Origin: Synechococcus sp.
GTDB taxonomy: Bacteria; Cyanobacteriota; Cyanobacteriia; PCC-6307; Cyanobiaceae
Reading direction: 5' to 3'
Length of the DNA: 64,000 bases
Assembly: GCA_047284725.1 (NCBI GenBank)
Contig: JBJBEO010000001.1
Location: 2,168,203 to 2,232,202, forward strand
Every line of letters starts with the position of its first letter. Within the stretch, counting starts at the first letter, position 1. Shown here in pieces: positions 39,611 to 49,650 of this stretch. Under the pieces are notes generated by a model. It was not told the DNA's origin. It saw only the letters and a list, made by a program, of their open reading frames with translations, and did no database searches. Made by a program: the position numbers and the translations under genes.

Positions 39611-40924
39611 CTAAGCGTCAGACGTCTCAGGATTGTGATCCTCATCGCCAGGAGCCAGCCCATCCGGACGCACCAGCAGCACCCTGCCGATCCGCGGACC
39701 ATCCATCACCATGATCTCGAACTGAAGGCCGTTCTGGCGCAGCGCTTCCCCCTCGGATGGGATGTGCTGCAAACGCTCCAGCAGGAAGCCCGCCAGGGTG
39801 TGGTGATCCGTGGCCTCGGGCAAGTCGAGACCAAGCTGGCGATTGAGCTCAAAGATTTCCAGGTCACCTGCCACCAGCCAGCTGCCGGGAGTCCCCTCCA
39901 ACGGCTGCAGATCGGGAATCGCGGAGTCTTGTTCAGGCTCCTCCCCGACGATTTCACTGGTGAGATCGGCAGCTGTGACCAAACCCTCCGTGCCACCGTG
40001 CTCATCCACCACCAGCAGGAGCGGATGACCGTTGCGGATCAAGGCCAGCAGCTCGGCCAGGGTGCTGGTCTCCAGAACCCGCTCAGCAGGCAGCAGGTAG
40101 GGCTCAAGAGGAGAGTTTTCCTCAAGACGGCCTGCAGCAATGGGCTCAGCAAGGGAGCGGAGATCGAGCACCCCACGCACATCGTCAAGGGACTGACCAA
40201 TCACAGGGAAGCGGGCGTGACGGGTTCGATGCACCGTTTCCATGAGCTCAGCGAATTTGACCTCGACCGGCAGGGTCACCATTCCAGAGCGAGGCACCAT
40301 CACCTCCCTCACCTGGGTATCACGCAGGGCAAAGACCCCCTCGAGAATGTTGCGTTCATCGGGCCGCAGCCCTGTCACACCACCCGATTCGATCAAGGTT
40401 TCCAACTCGCCAGCCGTGAGAGGTGAGCCAAGGGAATCCCAACGCGCGGGCAGACCCAGCAGCTTGAGCAGCAACGATGCCGCCGCCTCCAGCAACGACA
40501 GAAGAGGACGCAACACCCGCATCGCCGACTCCAGCACCGGTGCCAACGTCAGAGCGGCGCGCTCAGGGCTGCTGAGGACCCAGGCCCGAGGCAGCATCCC
40601 TGCCAACAGCGTGGCGAGCAAGGCAAGCAGCAGGAACCAACCGAGCGTCCACCACCGGGTTGCTCCCATCGGCTGCGTCCACCAGTCGCGGGCAAAGCCA
40701 CTGCCGGCCCACCCGAGTGCCACAAGCGACAGGGTGGACCCCAGCTGACACATCAGCAGGGCTCGACGCATACGCCGCTGCAATCGATGCACCGCATCCG
40801 CCCCGGTGACCGCCTGCTCATCCAGAACCCGCACACGACTGGTCCTCAGGCGGAGCAACGACACCTCAACGGCCGCGAAGAATGCCGGCAGTGCCAACAG
40901 AACCAGCAGCAGCAGGATGCGCAT
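39611..40924 (-). CDS. Hemolysin-like CNNM/CorB protein (DUF21, CBS pair, CorC)
   Basis: FFAAVEVSL, VREVMVPR, HARFPV, VVDEHGGTEGLVT, TLAGFLLERLQHIP. Confidence 0.88.
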   Translation of the reverse strand: MRILLLLVLLALPAFFAAVEVSLLRLRTSRVRVLDEQAVTGADAVHRLQRRMRRALLMCQLGSTLSLVALGWAGSGFARDWWTQPMGATRWWTLGWFLLLALLATLLAGMLPRAWVLSSPERAALTLAPVLESAMRVLRPLLSLLEAAASLLLKLLGLPARWDSLGSPLTAGELETLIESGGVTGLRPDERNILEGVFALRDTQVREVMVPRSGMVTLPVEVKFAELMETVHRTRHARFPVIGQSLDDVRGVLDLRSLAEPIAAGRLEENSPLEPYLLPAERVLETSTLAELLALIRNGHPLLLVVDEHGGTEGLVTAADLTSEIVGEEPEQDSAIPDLQPLEGTPGSWLVAGDLEIFELNRQLGLDLPEATDHHTLAGFLLERLQHIPSEGEALRQNGLQFEIMVMDGPRIGRVLLVRPDGLAPGDEDHNPETSDA

Positions 40925-40937
40925 CAGCGGGGGTGAA

Positions 40938-41010
40938 TGGGGGTCGCGAGGATCGAACTCGCCTTAGGCGAATTATGAGTTCGCTGCATTCACCAGATTG
41001 CTAGACCCCC
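40938..41010 (-). tRNA. tRNA with CAU anticodon (probably lysidine-modified tRNA-Ile2; tRNA-Met not excluded)
   Basis: GGGGGTC TAGCAATCTGGTGAATGCA GCGAA-CT CAT AA-TTCGC CTAAG GCGAG-TTCGATC-CTCGC GACCCCC A; paired G1-C72 and no GGG/CCC anticodon stem, so not an initiator. Confidence 0.9.
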
Positions 41011-41023
41011 TCCGCAACAGGAT

Positions 41024-41554
41024 TTACCACAAGCCACGCACAGGAGTGCCAAACGTTTCCATCAATGGCACATCCTCCACCACCTCCTCAACCACAACCG
41101 GTTCACTGGCCAGGCTGCTGTCAAAACCGCTGGAGATATCCACCGTGCGCCACGGGGTTGGCTTGCTCTGCTCTTCGATCAAGGCATTGGTGGTGTTCTC
41201 GAGGGCGGAGCCATCCCAGATGATCGTCTGATCGGGGAAGCCAAAGCCCATGAACCGATTTCCTTCAGGCCCTGCCACCGCGATGCCCAACAGATCAGTC
41301 ACCTGGTGGACCACATCAACTCCCCGTTCAAACGGTGCCGTCCAGGTGAAGAAACGCCGCTCCACCATTGCGTCCGTTCGTTCCACCGGACCGCAACGGG
41401 TGACCTCCATGGGCGCAGCAGGAGCAACGGCGGAGGAAGTCACAGGAGCTTCAAGGCTTGTGGTGCAGACCACTGGCCTGGCTGCCGTTTGAGATGGAAC
41501 CACCGCAGCACCCAGCAGCGACACCATGACAGCGACAGAACAACGAGACGACAC
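41024..41554 (-). CDS. Conserved exported hypothetical protein
   Basis: Signal-like N-terminus, PVVCTT...TRCG Cys pair, [13 protein letters not shown]. Confidence 0.65.
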   Translation of the reverse strand: MSSRCSVAVMVSLLGAAVVPSQTAARPVVCTTSLEAPVTSSAVAPAAPMEVTRCGPVERTDAMVERRFFTWTAPFERGVDVVHQVTDLLGIAVAGPEGNRFMGFGFPDQTIIWDGSALENTTNALIEEQSKPTPWRTVDISSGFDSSLASEPVVVEEVVEDVPLMETFGTPVRGLW

Positions 41555-41614
41555 AATCCCAAACCCAACTCAGCGCAAACTAGGCAGAAGATCCGCGTTG
41601 CACCAGTCCCCCTT

Positions 41615-42172
41615 ATGAGCCGCGACACCCTCCTCAATCGCCTGGCGACTGAGTGCTATCGCCATGGCACCTTCACCCTCGCCTCAGGTCGCAGCAGCGA
41701 CCACTACGTCAATTGCAAACCGGTGGCACTGAGCGGCAGTGGCCTGGCCCTGCTGAGCCCGGCCATGCTGGCTCTGGTGGAAGCCGATGCCATCGCCGTG
41801 GGCGGTCTCACCCTGGGGGCTGATCCTCTGGTGAGCGGTGTCGCCATGGCCGCCGCCCAGGCTGGACGGGATCTCGATGCCCTGATCGTGCGCAAACAGG
41901 CCAAGGGCCACGGCACGGGTGCCTGGCTCGAGGGTCCTCTGCCACCAGCAGGAGCGCGCGTCACCGTTCTCGAAGACGTTGTCACCACTGGCGGGTCATC
42001 GATCAAAGCGGTGAACCAGTTGAAACAGGCCGGCTACACCGTGAAACGGGTTGTCACGATCGTCGACCGCGAAGAGGGCGGCCAGGAAGCGATGGATGCG
42101 GCCGGCCTCGAATTGGTGAGTTTGTTCCGCCTCAGCGAAGTGGCGGCACGGGCCCAGGAGCTTGCGGCGTGA
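41615..42172 (+). CDS. pyrE: Orotate phosphoribosyltransferase
   Basis: [40 protein letters not shown] motif. Confidence 0.96.
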   Translation: MSRDTLLNRLATECYRHGTFTLASGRSSDHYVNCKPVALSGSGLALLSPAMLALVEADAIAVGGLTLGADPLVSGVAMAAAQAGRDLDALIVRKQAKGHGTGAWLEGPLPPAGARVTVLEDVVTTGGSSIKAVNQLKQAGYTVKRVVTIVDREEGGQEAMDAAGLELVSLFRLSEVAARAQELAA

Positions 42173-43041
42173 CAACGACAGATCAGGTCGGGCTCTGGGA
42201 TGCCGACTTTCCCTGCCTGCGTCTTCGCGGCAAGGGCACCCGTGAGTTTCTGCACGGGCAAACCACGGCAGACATCAAAAAGTCCAGCGACGGCAGGCTC
42301 ATACGCAGCTGCTGGCTCACGGCCACCGGCCGGGTGAAGGCCCTGCTGGAAGTGCGACTGGAGAACGAAGGTGCCGATGTACTCGTGCTCCAAGGAGATG
42401 CCGAGGCAGTGGCCACGGGCTTCGATCGCGTGGTCTTTCCCGCCGACCACGTGCGTCTGGCACCCCTGACGCAACAACGACGGATTCAGCGGCTAACACC
42501 GGTGCACCAGGTGCTGACTTGGGACAACGATGTGATCTGGGCCGATGCCATCCCAGCGGAATGGACTGGCATCGCCAGAATTGATGATGCCGCCTTCGAA
42601 CACTGGCGCATCAGCCAGGGACTGCCCTTCAGCCGCAATGAGTTGAACGGTGACACCAACCCACTCGAATTGGGCCTGAGCGACTGGATCAGCCTGGAGA
42701 AAGGCTGTTACTTGGGGCAAGAGACCTTGGCCAAGGTGGCGACACGCGATGGCGTCAAACAGCATCTGCGCTGCTGGCAACTGTCGGCTGAATCCAGCGC
42801 TGCCCCACACACCAGCCCCACCCCAGGGCAACGGCTTCTGCACGAAGGCGACCGCGCCGGCGTGATCACCTCAGTTCTCCATGGGAACGGACAACACAGC
42901 GTCCAGCCCACCATCGGTCTTGCCCTGGTGCGCCGTCAGGCTGTTGAGAACAAGGTCCTTCAACTTGAGGATGGTCGCGAGCTCGCCTTGCACAATCCGC
43001 CCTGCTTCAGCACCGTCACAGACGGAGACAGCGGTCAATAA
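42169..43041 (+). CDS. ygfZ: YgfZ/GcvT-like folate-binding Fe-S repair protein
   Basis: [15 protein letters not shown] signature; GTGA overlap with pyrE. Confidence 0.88.
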   Translation: MTTTDQVGLWDADFPCLRLRGKGTREFLHGQTTADIKKSSDGRLIRSCWLTATGRVKALLEVRLENEGADVLVLQGDAEAVATGFDRVVFPADHVRLAPLTQQRRIQRLTPVHQVLTWDNDVIWADAIPAEWTGIARIDDAAFEHWRISQGLPFSRNELNGDTNPLELGLSDWISLEKGCYLGQETLAKVATRDGVKQHLRCWQLSAESSAAPHTSPTPGQRLLHEGDRAGVITSVLHGNGQHSVQPTIGLALVRRQAVENKVLQLEDGRELALHNPPCFSTVTDGDSGQ

Positions 43042-43121
43042 GTTTCCTCAGAAACCTCAAGTCTTGAGGGAGCAAATCAACCAAATACCAACAGACTGAT
43101 TTGGTATCGACCGACACGTTC

Positions 43122-43448
43122 ATGAACCCGATCGAAGCGTTCAGCTCCGCTTGGCAGAAATCGTTCAACTATTCGGGCAAAGCCACCAGGGCTGAATATT
43201 GGTGGTTTGTCTTAGTCAACGCCATTGTTTCTGGCGTTCTTGCTGCGGTTGCCTCCGCTGTCGCCGCCGGCACCGAAGTCCTCTACTGGATTTATGCCAT
43301 CGCTACCATCTTCCCCTCCTTGGCTGTGTGCGTGCGCCGCTTGCGCGACTCCGGCAAAGAATGGGTGTGGCTGTTCATCAGCTTGGTTCCCTGCATCGGC
43401 TTCTTCTGGTTCATCTACTTGATGGTGCAACCAAGCATCGGTGGCTGA
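43122..43448 (+). CDS. DUF805-family membrane protein
   Basis: NYSGKATRAEYWWF, PSLAVCVRRLRDSGK. Confidence 0.88.
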   Translation: MNPIEAFSSAWQKSFNYSGKATRAEYWWFVLVNAIVSGVLAAVASAVAAGTEVLYWIYAIATIFPSLAVCVRRLRDSGKEWVWLFISLVPCIGFFWFIYLMVQPSIGG

Positions 43449-43487
43449 TTGTCATCCAGATGAGCCTCAGCCACACAGGACAAAACA

Positions 43488-43507
43488 GGGGCCTCAGGCC
43501 CCTTTTT
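43488..43507 (+). terminator. Intrinsic terminator after the DUF805 gene
   Basis: GGGGCC-TCA-GGCCCC-TTTTT. Confidence 0.75.
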
Positions 43508-43556
43508 CATTGGCACCAATCAGCTGATGTCACCAGGTTGACGTCAGCGGTAGTGG

Positions 43557-45026
43557 TCAAGGCTTCTTGTCTTGCTCGAGCAACCATGCGGCCACAGCCC
43601 AGGTCGCCAGACAATCATCTTCGTTGTAAGTAAAAATCCATCGAAGGGTTTGCTGATGGCCACGATCTGAGGCTCCGGAGCCACGCCACTGCCGCCACCA
43701 GAGCAGGGCCCTGGCACCATCAACGCTCCGCTGGCGCCACTCAAATCCACGCCAGGCCGCCACAGACTTCAATCCATAACTGTTCAACGGCAGGCGCCAG
43801 TGGCTGCGGATGCGGGCATGCACATCCACCAGGCGCCGCTTCAGCCGCTCACGCTCGCGCGCACCGGAGCCCTGCCGCTGCGCCATTCGGCACAGGGCCA
43901 ACGACTCCGTTTCGCCGTAATGCAGCACAGGCCAATTGGCGTAACGGGCCAACAAACCCCTCAACCGCTGCCAGCACCGCCGTTCACCGTGCTCCTGCAA
44001 CACCAGGAATGGGTGGTAACGGGCTTGGCTCAGATCCCAGCCACCCTGGTCATCCCGTGGGAGACAAACGAAACCATGCAAGAAGTCGTCGCGGGCATCG
44101 GGATCGGACTCAATGTCGTACAGCAGCACACCTGGTGCTGCCATCAGTTCCGGAATCGCAGCCGAAACCTCCAACCGTTCCACCCGACCATCCCGTTGGG
44201 CCAGGGCCTGGGCCACCAACGGAGAGGCCACGGCTGCATGCTGTTCGCCGTAGCGCGCCAACTGGGTCGCCAAGTGCGTCGGATCCGCTCCCGCCAGCTG
44301 TCGCAGGCCTCGCACCCCGAGCTCCTGCAACATCTCACGGCGTTTGGCACCGATCCCGCTCACTTCACTGAGGTGACCTTCAGCCGCAGCCACGGCATTG
44401 CACTCACCACGCCAACTGCAGAGGATGCACTTACGACGATCCGCTGCCAGAGCAGGAGGCTGCTCCCGCCTGAGATCACCAGCCAACTTCTGCAAGGCCT
44501 CATCCAACTGCGTCTGCAAGGCGGCATTGAGCGGCAAGCGCTCCTTCTCCAGGCGACGACCTGCTCTTGCCACAGCGAGGGCATCCGGCACCGATGCTTG
44601 CTGCAGCTCGGCCAGCAACCTCCCCGCCATGGCAAGGGGAAGGCGATGCTCCCGAGTCAGACGCCGTCCCTGACGAGCCAAGACAGGGCGATAGGCAAAC
44701 GGTCCCCAGCGACTTTGTCCTGGCACCCTCTGCAACAGCGGCGGATGGGCCTCCAGCAACAGTCCATCCGGCCCTTCACCCTTCAAGCGCACGCCAACGA
44801 CCCCAGGGGCGCCGGCCTCAAGCCCGCTTTGCCCGGCTGCCGGCTTTTGGGGCAGCAACGCCACAAAACTGCGCTGCTGATCATCGAGCTGGAGGGTGCG
44901 GTGGGCGGTGTAGACACGCCCACCCGGATCAGCATGCACATCAAGCCATGCCCGCCGACGGCAACGCACCCAGCTGCGCAGCAGACGATCGGTGAGGGGC
45001 TTGTCAGCGAAAGGGGTGTCACCCAT
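43557..45026 (-). CDS. TM0106-family RecB-like nuclease / RNase H-like exonuclease fusion
   Basis: RCRRRAWLD, CILCSWRGEC, LSEVSGIG (HhH), YDIESDP, YGLKSVA, YNEDDCLAT. Confidence 0.85.
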   Translation of the reverse strand: MGDTPFADKPLTDRLLRSWVRCRRRAWLDVHADPGGRVYTAHRTLQLDDQQRSFVALLPQKPAAGQSGLEAGAPGVVGVRLKGEGPDGLLLEAHPPLLQRVPGQSRWGPFAYRPVLARQGRRLTREHRLPLAMAGRLLAELQQASVPDALAVARAGRRLEKERLPLNAALQTQLDEALQKLAGDLRREQPPALAADRRKCILCSWRGECNAVAAAEGHLSEVSGIGAKRREMLQELGVRGLRQLAGADPTHLATQLARYGEQHAAVASPLVAQALAQRDGRVERLEVSAAIPELMAAPGVLLYDIESDPDARDDFLHGFVCLPRDDQGGWDLSQARYHPFLVLQEHGERRCWQRLRGLLARYANWPVLHYGETESLALCRMAQRQGSGARERERLKRRLVDVHARIRSHWRLPLNSYGLKSVAAWRGFEWRQRSVDGARALLWWRQWRGSGASDRGHQQTLRWIFTYNEDDCLATWAVAAWLLEQDKKP

Positions 45027-45091
45027 TGACCGACGTTACGGCGGCCGCCTGCTAAATCCAGAGATGATCTCCGGCCCGGCGCCTGCAGTCC

Positions 45092-46552
45092 ATGGCTTCA
45101 GCTCCTCTGCCTCTGGCTGCCTCTCCGATCACATTCGGCACTGACGGCTGGCGCGGAATCCTCGGAGTGGACATCACCGTCGAGCGCCTGCTCACAGCCG
45201 CAGCCGCCTCGGCGCAGGAACTGGCCCACCGAGCCCCAGCCGGCAACACCAGCAGAACTGTGGTGATCGGCTACGACCACCGTTTCCTGGCACCGGAGCT
45301 AGCGGCCGCGATCGCCGCGGCTGTCCGCGGCTGCGGCCTTCAACCTCTTCTGACCAGCACGGCCGTACCCACCCCTGCCTGCAGCTGGGCTGTGGTGGAA
45401 CGCCAGGCCCTCGGGGCCCTGGTGATCACGGCAAGCCACAACCCCCCGGAATGGCTTGGCCTCAAAATCAAAGGCCCCTTCGGTGGATCTGTGGAGGGCG
45501 ACTTCACCGCCGCAGTGGAAAGTCGACTGGCAGCTGGCGGCGTCACCAGTCCGATCCAGGGCGACACCGATTGCTTTGACGCTCGTGCGGAGCACCTGAC
45601 CGGCCTGCGCAACAAACTCGATCTCGATGGGCTGCGCCGAGGCCTTGAACAGATGGGGCTCACGGTGATCGTGGATCCCATGCACGGCTCAGCGGCCGGC
45701 TGCATGGCCGATCTCCTGGGAGGGAACGAAGGTCCGATCCAGGAAATCCGATGCCACCGCGATCCCCTGTTCGGCGGCAATCCACCCGAACCACTGGCAC
45801 CCTACCTCCAGGAGCTGATTGCCAAGGTGAAAGCCTCCACCGCCCTTGGCCAACCTGCCGTCGGCCTGGTGTTCGACGGCGACGGCGACCGCATCGCCGC
45901 CGTGGACGAGTACGGACAGTTCTGCAGCACACAGCAGTTGATGCCGCTCCTGATCGATCACCTGGCTCGGGCACGCGCCCAGCCGGGATCTGTGGTGAAA
46001 ACGGTGAGCGGTTCCGACCTGATGCGCCTCGTCGCCGAAGACCTCGGCCGCGAGGTGCTGGAGCTGCCAGTGGGATTCAAATACATCGCTGCGGAAATGC
46101 TGAGCGGCACTGTGTTGATCGGCGGCGAAGAATCTGGAGGCGTGGGCTTTGGCATGCACCTACCGGAGCGGGATGCCCTGTTTGCGGCTCTGCTGGTGCT
46201 CGAAGCCCTGGTGGAAGGAGGACAACCCCTTGGCGCACGGGTCTCCGCCCTGCAGCAGCGCTGTGGTGGCGCCAGCCACTACGACCGGGTCGACCTGCGT
46301 CTGGCCAACATGGCCACCCGCCACCGCCTGGAAGCGTTGCTGGCCAAGACGCCCCCCATGGAGGTGGCCGGCGCTGCGGTCACAGACGTGATCACCACCG
46401 ACGGCGTCAAACTGCGCATGGGGCCCAGCCACTGGCTGATGCTCCGCTTCTCCGGGACTGAACCCTTGCTCCGCCTTTACTGCGAGGGCCCAGACCCTGA
46501 ACGGGTGACTGCCGTGCTCGCCTGGGCCCAGGCCTTCGCGACGTCCGTCTAA
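45092..46552 (+). CDS. Phosphoglucomutase/phosphomannomutase-family protein
   Basis: FGTDGWRG, ITASHNP phosphoserine loop, FDGDGDR, GGEESGG, LRFSGTEP. Confidence 0.93.
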   Translation: MASAPLPLAASPITFGTDGWRGILGVDITVERLLTAAAASAQELAHRAPAGNTSRTVVIGYDHRFLAPELAAAIAAAVRGCGLQPLLTSTAVPTPACSWAVVERQALGALVITASHNPPEWLGLKIKGPFGGSVEGDFTAAVESRLAAGGVTSPIQGDTDCFDARAEHLTGLRNKLDLDGLRRGLEQMGLTVIVDPMHGSAAGCMADLLGGNEGPIQEIRCHRDPLFGGNPPEPLAPYLQELIAKVKASTALGQPAVGLVFDGDGDRIAAVDEYGQFCSTQQLMPLLIDHLARARAQPGSVVKTVSGSDLMRLVAEDLGREVLELPVGFKYIAAEMLSGTVLIGGEESGGVGFGMHLPERDALFAALLVLEALVEGGQPLGARVSALQQRCGGASHYDRVDLRLANMATRHRLEALLAKTPPMEVAGAAVTDVITTDGVKLRMGPSHWLMLRFSGTEPLLRLYCEGPDPERVTAVLAWAQAFATSV

Positions 46553-46676
46553 ATAACCCGTCTCAACCACCTGTCTCACCCCAACAACAGAACCCGACCC
46601 TCAGATCCGTCGCCAGAGACACCGCCGCCGGCGTGACGCCTCTGCCCTTTCGCCGTTTGTCTATCCATTGGCCTGC

Positions 46677-47300
46677 ATGCGCTCTCGTACCCTCGTGATT
46701 GCCAGCGGCAACGCTGGGAAAATCCGTGAATTCGCAGGGCTTCTGGCCCACCTGCCCGTCAGCCTCGAACCTCAGCCTGCGGGCATGGACGTGGATGAAA
46801 CAGGGCTCACCTTCAGTGACAACGCCCGAATCAAGGCCCTGGCGGTGGCCAAAGCCACCGGTCATTGGGCGCTGGCGGACGATTCCGGTCTCTGCGTCGA
46901 CGCCCTCAACGGTGCTCCGGGGGTGTTTTCAGCCCGCTACGCGGATTCCGATCAGGCCCGCATCACCAGGCTGTTGCACGAACTGGGCGAAACAACTCAT
47001 CGCCAGGCCCATTTCAGCGCAGCACTCTGTGTGGCAACGCCGGATGGCGCAGTGCTGGCGGAGGTGGAAGGGCGTTGCCCTGGGGTGATCACCACTGCAG
47101 CCCGGGGCGAGGATGGCTTTGGTTATGACCCAATTTTCGAGGTGGAGGGCACGGGCGAGACCTTCGCCGAGATGACCAAAGAGCGCAAACGCCAGCACGG
47201 CCACCGTGGCCGCGCCTTCGCCGCACTCGAACCCCAACTGCGCCAACTGCTTGAAGATTTTCAATCGGCACGTGATGGTCGTGGTCACTCGAGGCAGTAG
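46677..47300 (+). CDS. rdgB: dITP/XTP pyrophosphatase (RdgB/HAM1)
   Basis: ASGNAGKIRE, ADDSGL, GAPGVFSARY, GFGYDPIF, HRGRA. Confidence 0.93.
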   Translation: MRSRTLVIASGNAGKIREFAGLLAHLPVSLEPQPAGMDVDETGLTFSDNARIKALAVAKATGHWALADDSGLCVDALNGAPGVFSARYADSDQARITRLLHELGETTHRQAHFSAALCVATPDGAVLAEVEGRCPGVITTAARGEDGFGYDPIFEVEGTGETFAEMTKERKRQHGHRGRAFAALEPQLRQLLEDFQSARDGRGHSRQ

Positions 47301-48016
47301 TCGAGATCGAGGCCAATGGACTGACGGGGCCTCGGTGCCTCACCAGGGTTGAAACGCTCGGCGCGGTCGACCGAAGCCAGGGGCATCGGTCGGTACCCCG
47401 CCCCGCGTTGATCGATCCGTAGCAGCGCGGCGCGCCGCAAGCCCAGAGCACTGGCCATGGCCTCGGCCTGGCGTCGCCCCTCGTCGAGGGCCTGCTTCAT
47501 CAGCTGGGTTTGCAGCGTCGCCTGGCCTGCCTCGGAGGAGAGAGAACTCATGCCCTGCAAGCGAACGCCAGGGAGCCGACCTGCGCGTTGAATCAAGGCG
47601 TCGTAGTTCGCCCGACTCACCTCCCCTCGGATGCTGGTGCTGGCCTTCTCTCGACGGGGACCCGCCTGACCGCCGCCGATGCTGTAGGTGCGCGGTGCAG
47701 GAATGGTGAGCCTGCCAAGGGCCAGGGGCTTCAACTGCTGGCGGGCCTGATCAAGTCTTTGATTGAGCAGAGCCATGGCCTGTGCTTTGGTGCTGGCCTC
47801 CGCCGCAAGTCCGAGGGAGAAACGAAAACGCTCACTGCGGGTGGTGCCTGTTTGATGCACTTTGATCTGCATCAGGGTGCCCTGACAAGTGCGCTCCGCA
47901 GCCCGCAAGGGCGCAGCATTCAGGCCCATTGCAGCGACAGCGAAGGGAAGCACCAACAGAGCCGCCGCTCCATGCCCACCCGAATGGAGCAGGCGAGACG
48001 AAACTTGGATCGTCAT
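47285..48016 (-). CDS. SIMPL/DUF541-like exported protein
   Basis: Signal-like segment, then LGLAAEASTKAQAM and ALDEGRRQAEAMASALGL typical of SIMPL helices; start uncertain. Confidence 0.6.
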   Translation of the reverse strand: MTIQVSSRLLHSGGHGAAALLVLPFAVAAMGLNAAPLRAAERTCQGTLMQIKVHQTGTTRSERFRFSLGLAAEASTKAQAMALLNQRLDQARQQLKPLALGRLTIPAPRTYSIGGGQAGPRREKASTSIRGEVSRANYDALIQRAGRLPGVRLQGMSSLSSEAGQATLQTQLMKQALDEGRRQAEAMASALGLRRAALLRIDQRGAGYRPMPLASVDRAERFNPGEAPRPRQSIGLDLDYCLE

Positions 48017-48070
48017 GGGGACACCTTCAAGTGACCTCCATGCTGAAGGCACCAGGCCACCGACGATTGC

Positions 48071-49582
48071 TCAACGGTGACCAACCGGTGTCGAAGCATG
48101 ACTGGGCACCCAGCTCCCATGCAGGCCATGGGGAATCGCCAGCGGTAATTCGAACACCGCTTGTTCACTGAGATCATCCGCACGAAGGATCACAAGATCC
48201 GATCCCTGACGGGCCCCATTCCAAACCAGCTCCAGCACCCAACCATCGTCTTCCGCCACCGCACCAGGCCGGGGCACCATCAACGGCTCGCTCACAAAAC
48301 CACTGCAGCCGGCACTCCAAACCTGACGCTCACCGCTGATCAGATCCAGTTTTTTCACCACCTGGAGCGGATCGTTGCCCTGCTCACGGGCTGCTGCAGC
48401 CATCCAGGCATAACGGCAGGGGAGGCCTTCCTTCTCTGGGTTGACCATGGCGAATTCGCAACAACGTTCGCTGAAGCGATGGGTCGTGACCTCACCGCTC
48501 TCCAGATTGATGCGGCACTGCTCCAGCAGTCCCTCGGGGATCAGATCAAAATCGACCGAAGCGAAATCCTCATCCGGACCAATCGAGGGGAAGTCGCTGT
48601 AGTAGATGCTCTCCACCACCACGTCACCCTCCTGCTCCCAGGCGTTGAGATGGTGAAAGACAAAGCCATCGGGGGCGTTGATGACGCGAGGGGCCTGGCC
48701 GGCAAGAGCGCCCGAATCGCGAGGAATCAACCAGAACTTCGCCTGCCCTGCCCGTTTCGAGCGCAGGCATTGGGCTGCACCCTTCTGACCAAGCACGAAG
48801 GGCAGGGGGTTGAAATCAATCGCGTTCTGAAGAAACACCGCCCAGTTGGGCGTGATGGCGAAATCGTGGAGAAACGCAAAGCCGGAAAACGTGTCGCTGC
48901 GCTCACTGAGCAGATCACCGGCCTGAATTCCGGCCGACGCATCCGATTCCGTCGCGAACTCCATGAGCCGAATCGTGCTGCGAGGACCCGTTTGGACTCC
49001 GAAATTGACCATGCGAGGGCGATCATGATGGCCAGGATCGAAACGTGGATGCGCACTGAAGGCCTCGCCTTTTTTGAGCACTCCCCCCAACAGGCTGATG
49101 CCGTGGGTGTGCAGCGTCTGGGGATCCAGTGCATGGGGTTCAGCGGCTTCCCACAGGGCCAGCAGCTCATCACCGAGTTGCACCACACCGGTGTTGGCGA
49201 TGTTCTTCAACCGAAGATCAAAGGCATTCGCGAACAGCCCGCCGGGCTTCTGGCTGCCGAACACACCCCGGTAGAGCACCTTGCCAGCAGCTTCTTCGGC
49301 CTGCCAGCCCTCGGTGCGCACAAACCGGTTGGTGAGGCTCACGCCCTCCTCGCTGAAACGCACCGCTGTCACCATCCCATCGCCGTCAAAGGGGTGATGC
49401 ACCCGTTGGCCGCCGCGTTCCAGGCGACCAGGGCCATTGCGATACAAGGTGCCCTTCAACTCGTCCGGCACAGTGCCTCGGACCGGTGTCAGCGCCACAG
49501 CGGTGAGCTCCTGGTCCACGTTGCGGAAGGCGCTGGCCCAGTCATCCCGGTTGAAACGAGCGGGAGCGGAAGCAACAGTCAC
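48071..49582 (-). CDS. Carotenoid cleavage oxygenase (apocarotenoid oxygenase / RPE65 family)
   Basis: GTLYRNGPG, HPFDGDG, Fe ligands in SAHP, FLHDF, FHHLN and HGLHGSW; EDDG. Confidence 0.92.
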   Translation of the reverse strand: MTVASAPARFNRDDWASAFRNVDQELTAVALTPVRGTVPDELKGTLYRNGPGRLERGGQRVHHPFDGDGMVTAVRFSEEGVSLTNRFVRTEGWQAEEAAGKVLYRGVFGSQKPGGLFANAFDLRLKNIANTGVVQLGDELLALWEAAEPHALDPQTLHTHGISLLGGVLKKGEAFSAHPRFDPGHHDRPRMVNFGVQTGPRSTIRLMEFATESDASAGIQAGDLLSERSDTFSGFAFLHDFAITPNWAVFLQNAIDFNPLPFVLGQKGAAQCLRSKRAGQAKFWLIPRDSGALAGQAPRVINAPDGFVFHHLNAWEQEGDVVVESIYYSDFPSIGPDEDFASVDFDLIPEGLLEQCRINLESGEVTTHRFSERCCEFAMVNPEKEGLPCRYAWMAAAAREQGNDPLQVVKKLDLISGERQVWSAGCSGFVSEPLMVPRPGAVAEDDGWVLELVWNGARQGSDLVILRADDLSEQAVFELPLAIPHGLHGSWVPSHASTPVGHR

Positions 49583-49650
49583 AGTGAACGCAGCAGCAGC
49601 GCAGCCATCCTCTCGTAACGGAGTATGAAGCGCGGCGGCAATGGGGCAAC

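Noticed and set aside
43557..45026. Cas4-like cysteine pattern suggesting CRISPR-Cas or a defence system
   Set aside because: No cas genes or array in the window; the neighbours are housekeeping genes.
46553..46676. Two GTCTCA copies and a C/A-rich tract in the spacer before rdgB
   Set aside because: Too short and unstructured to distinguish from chance.
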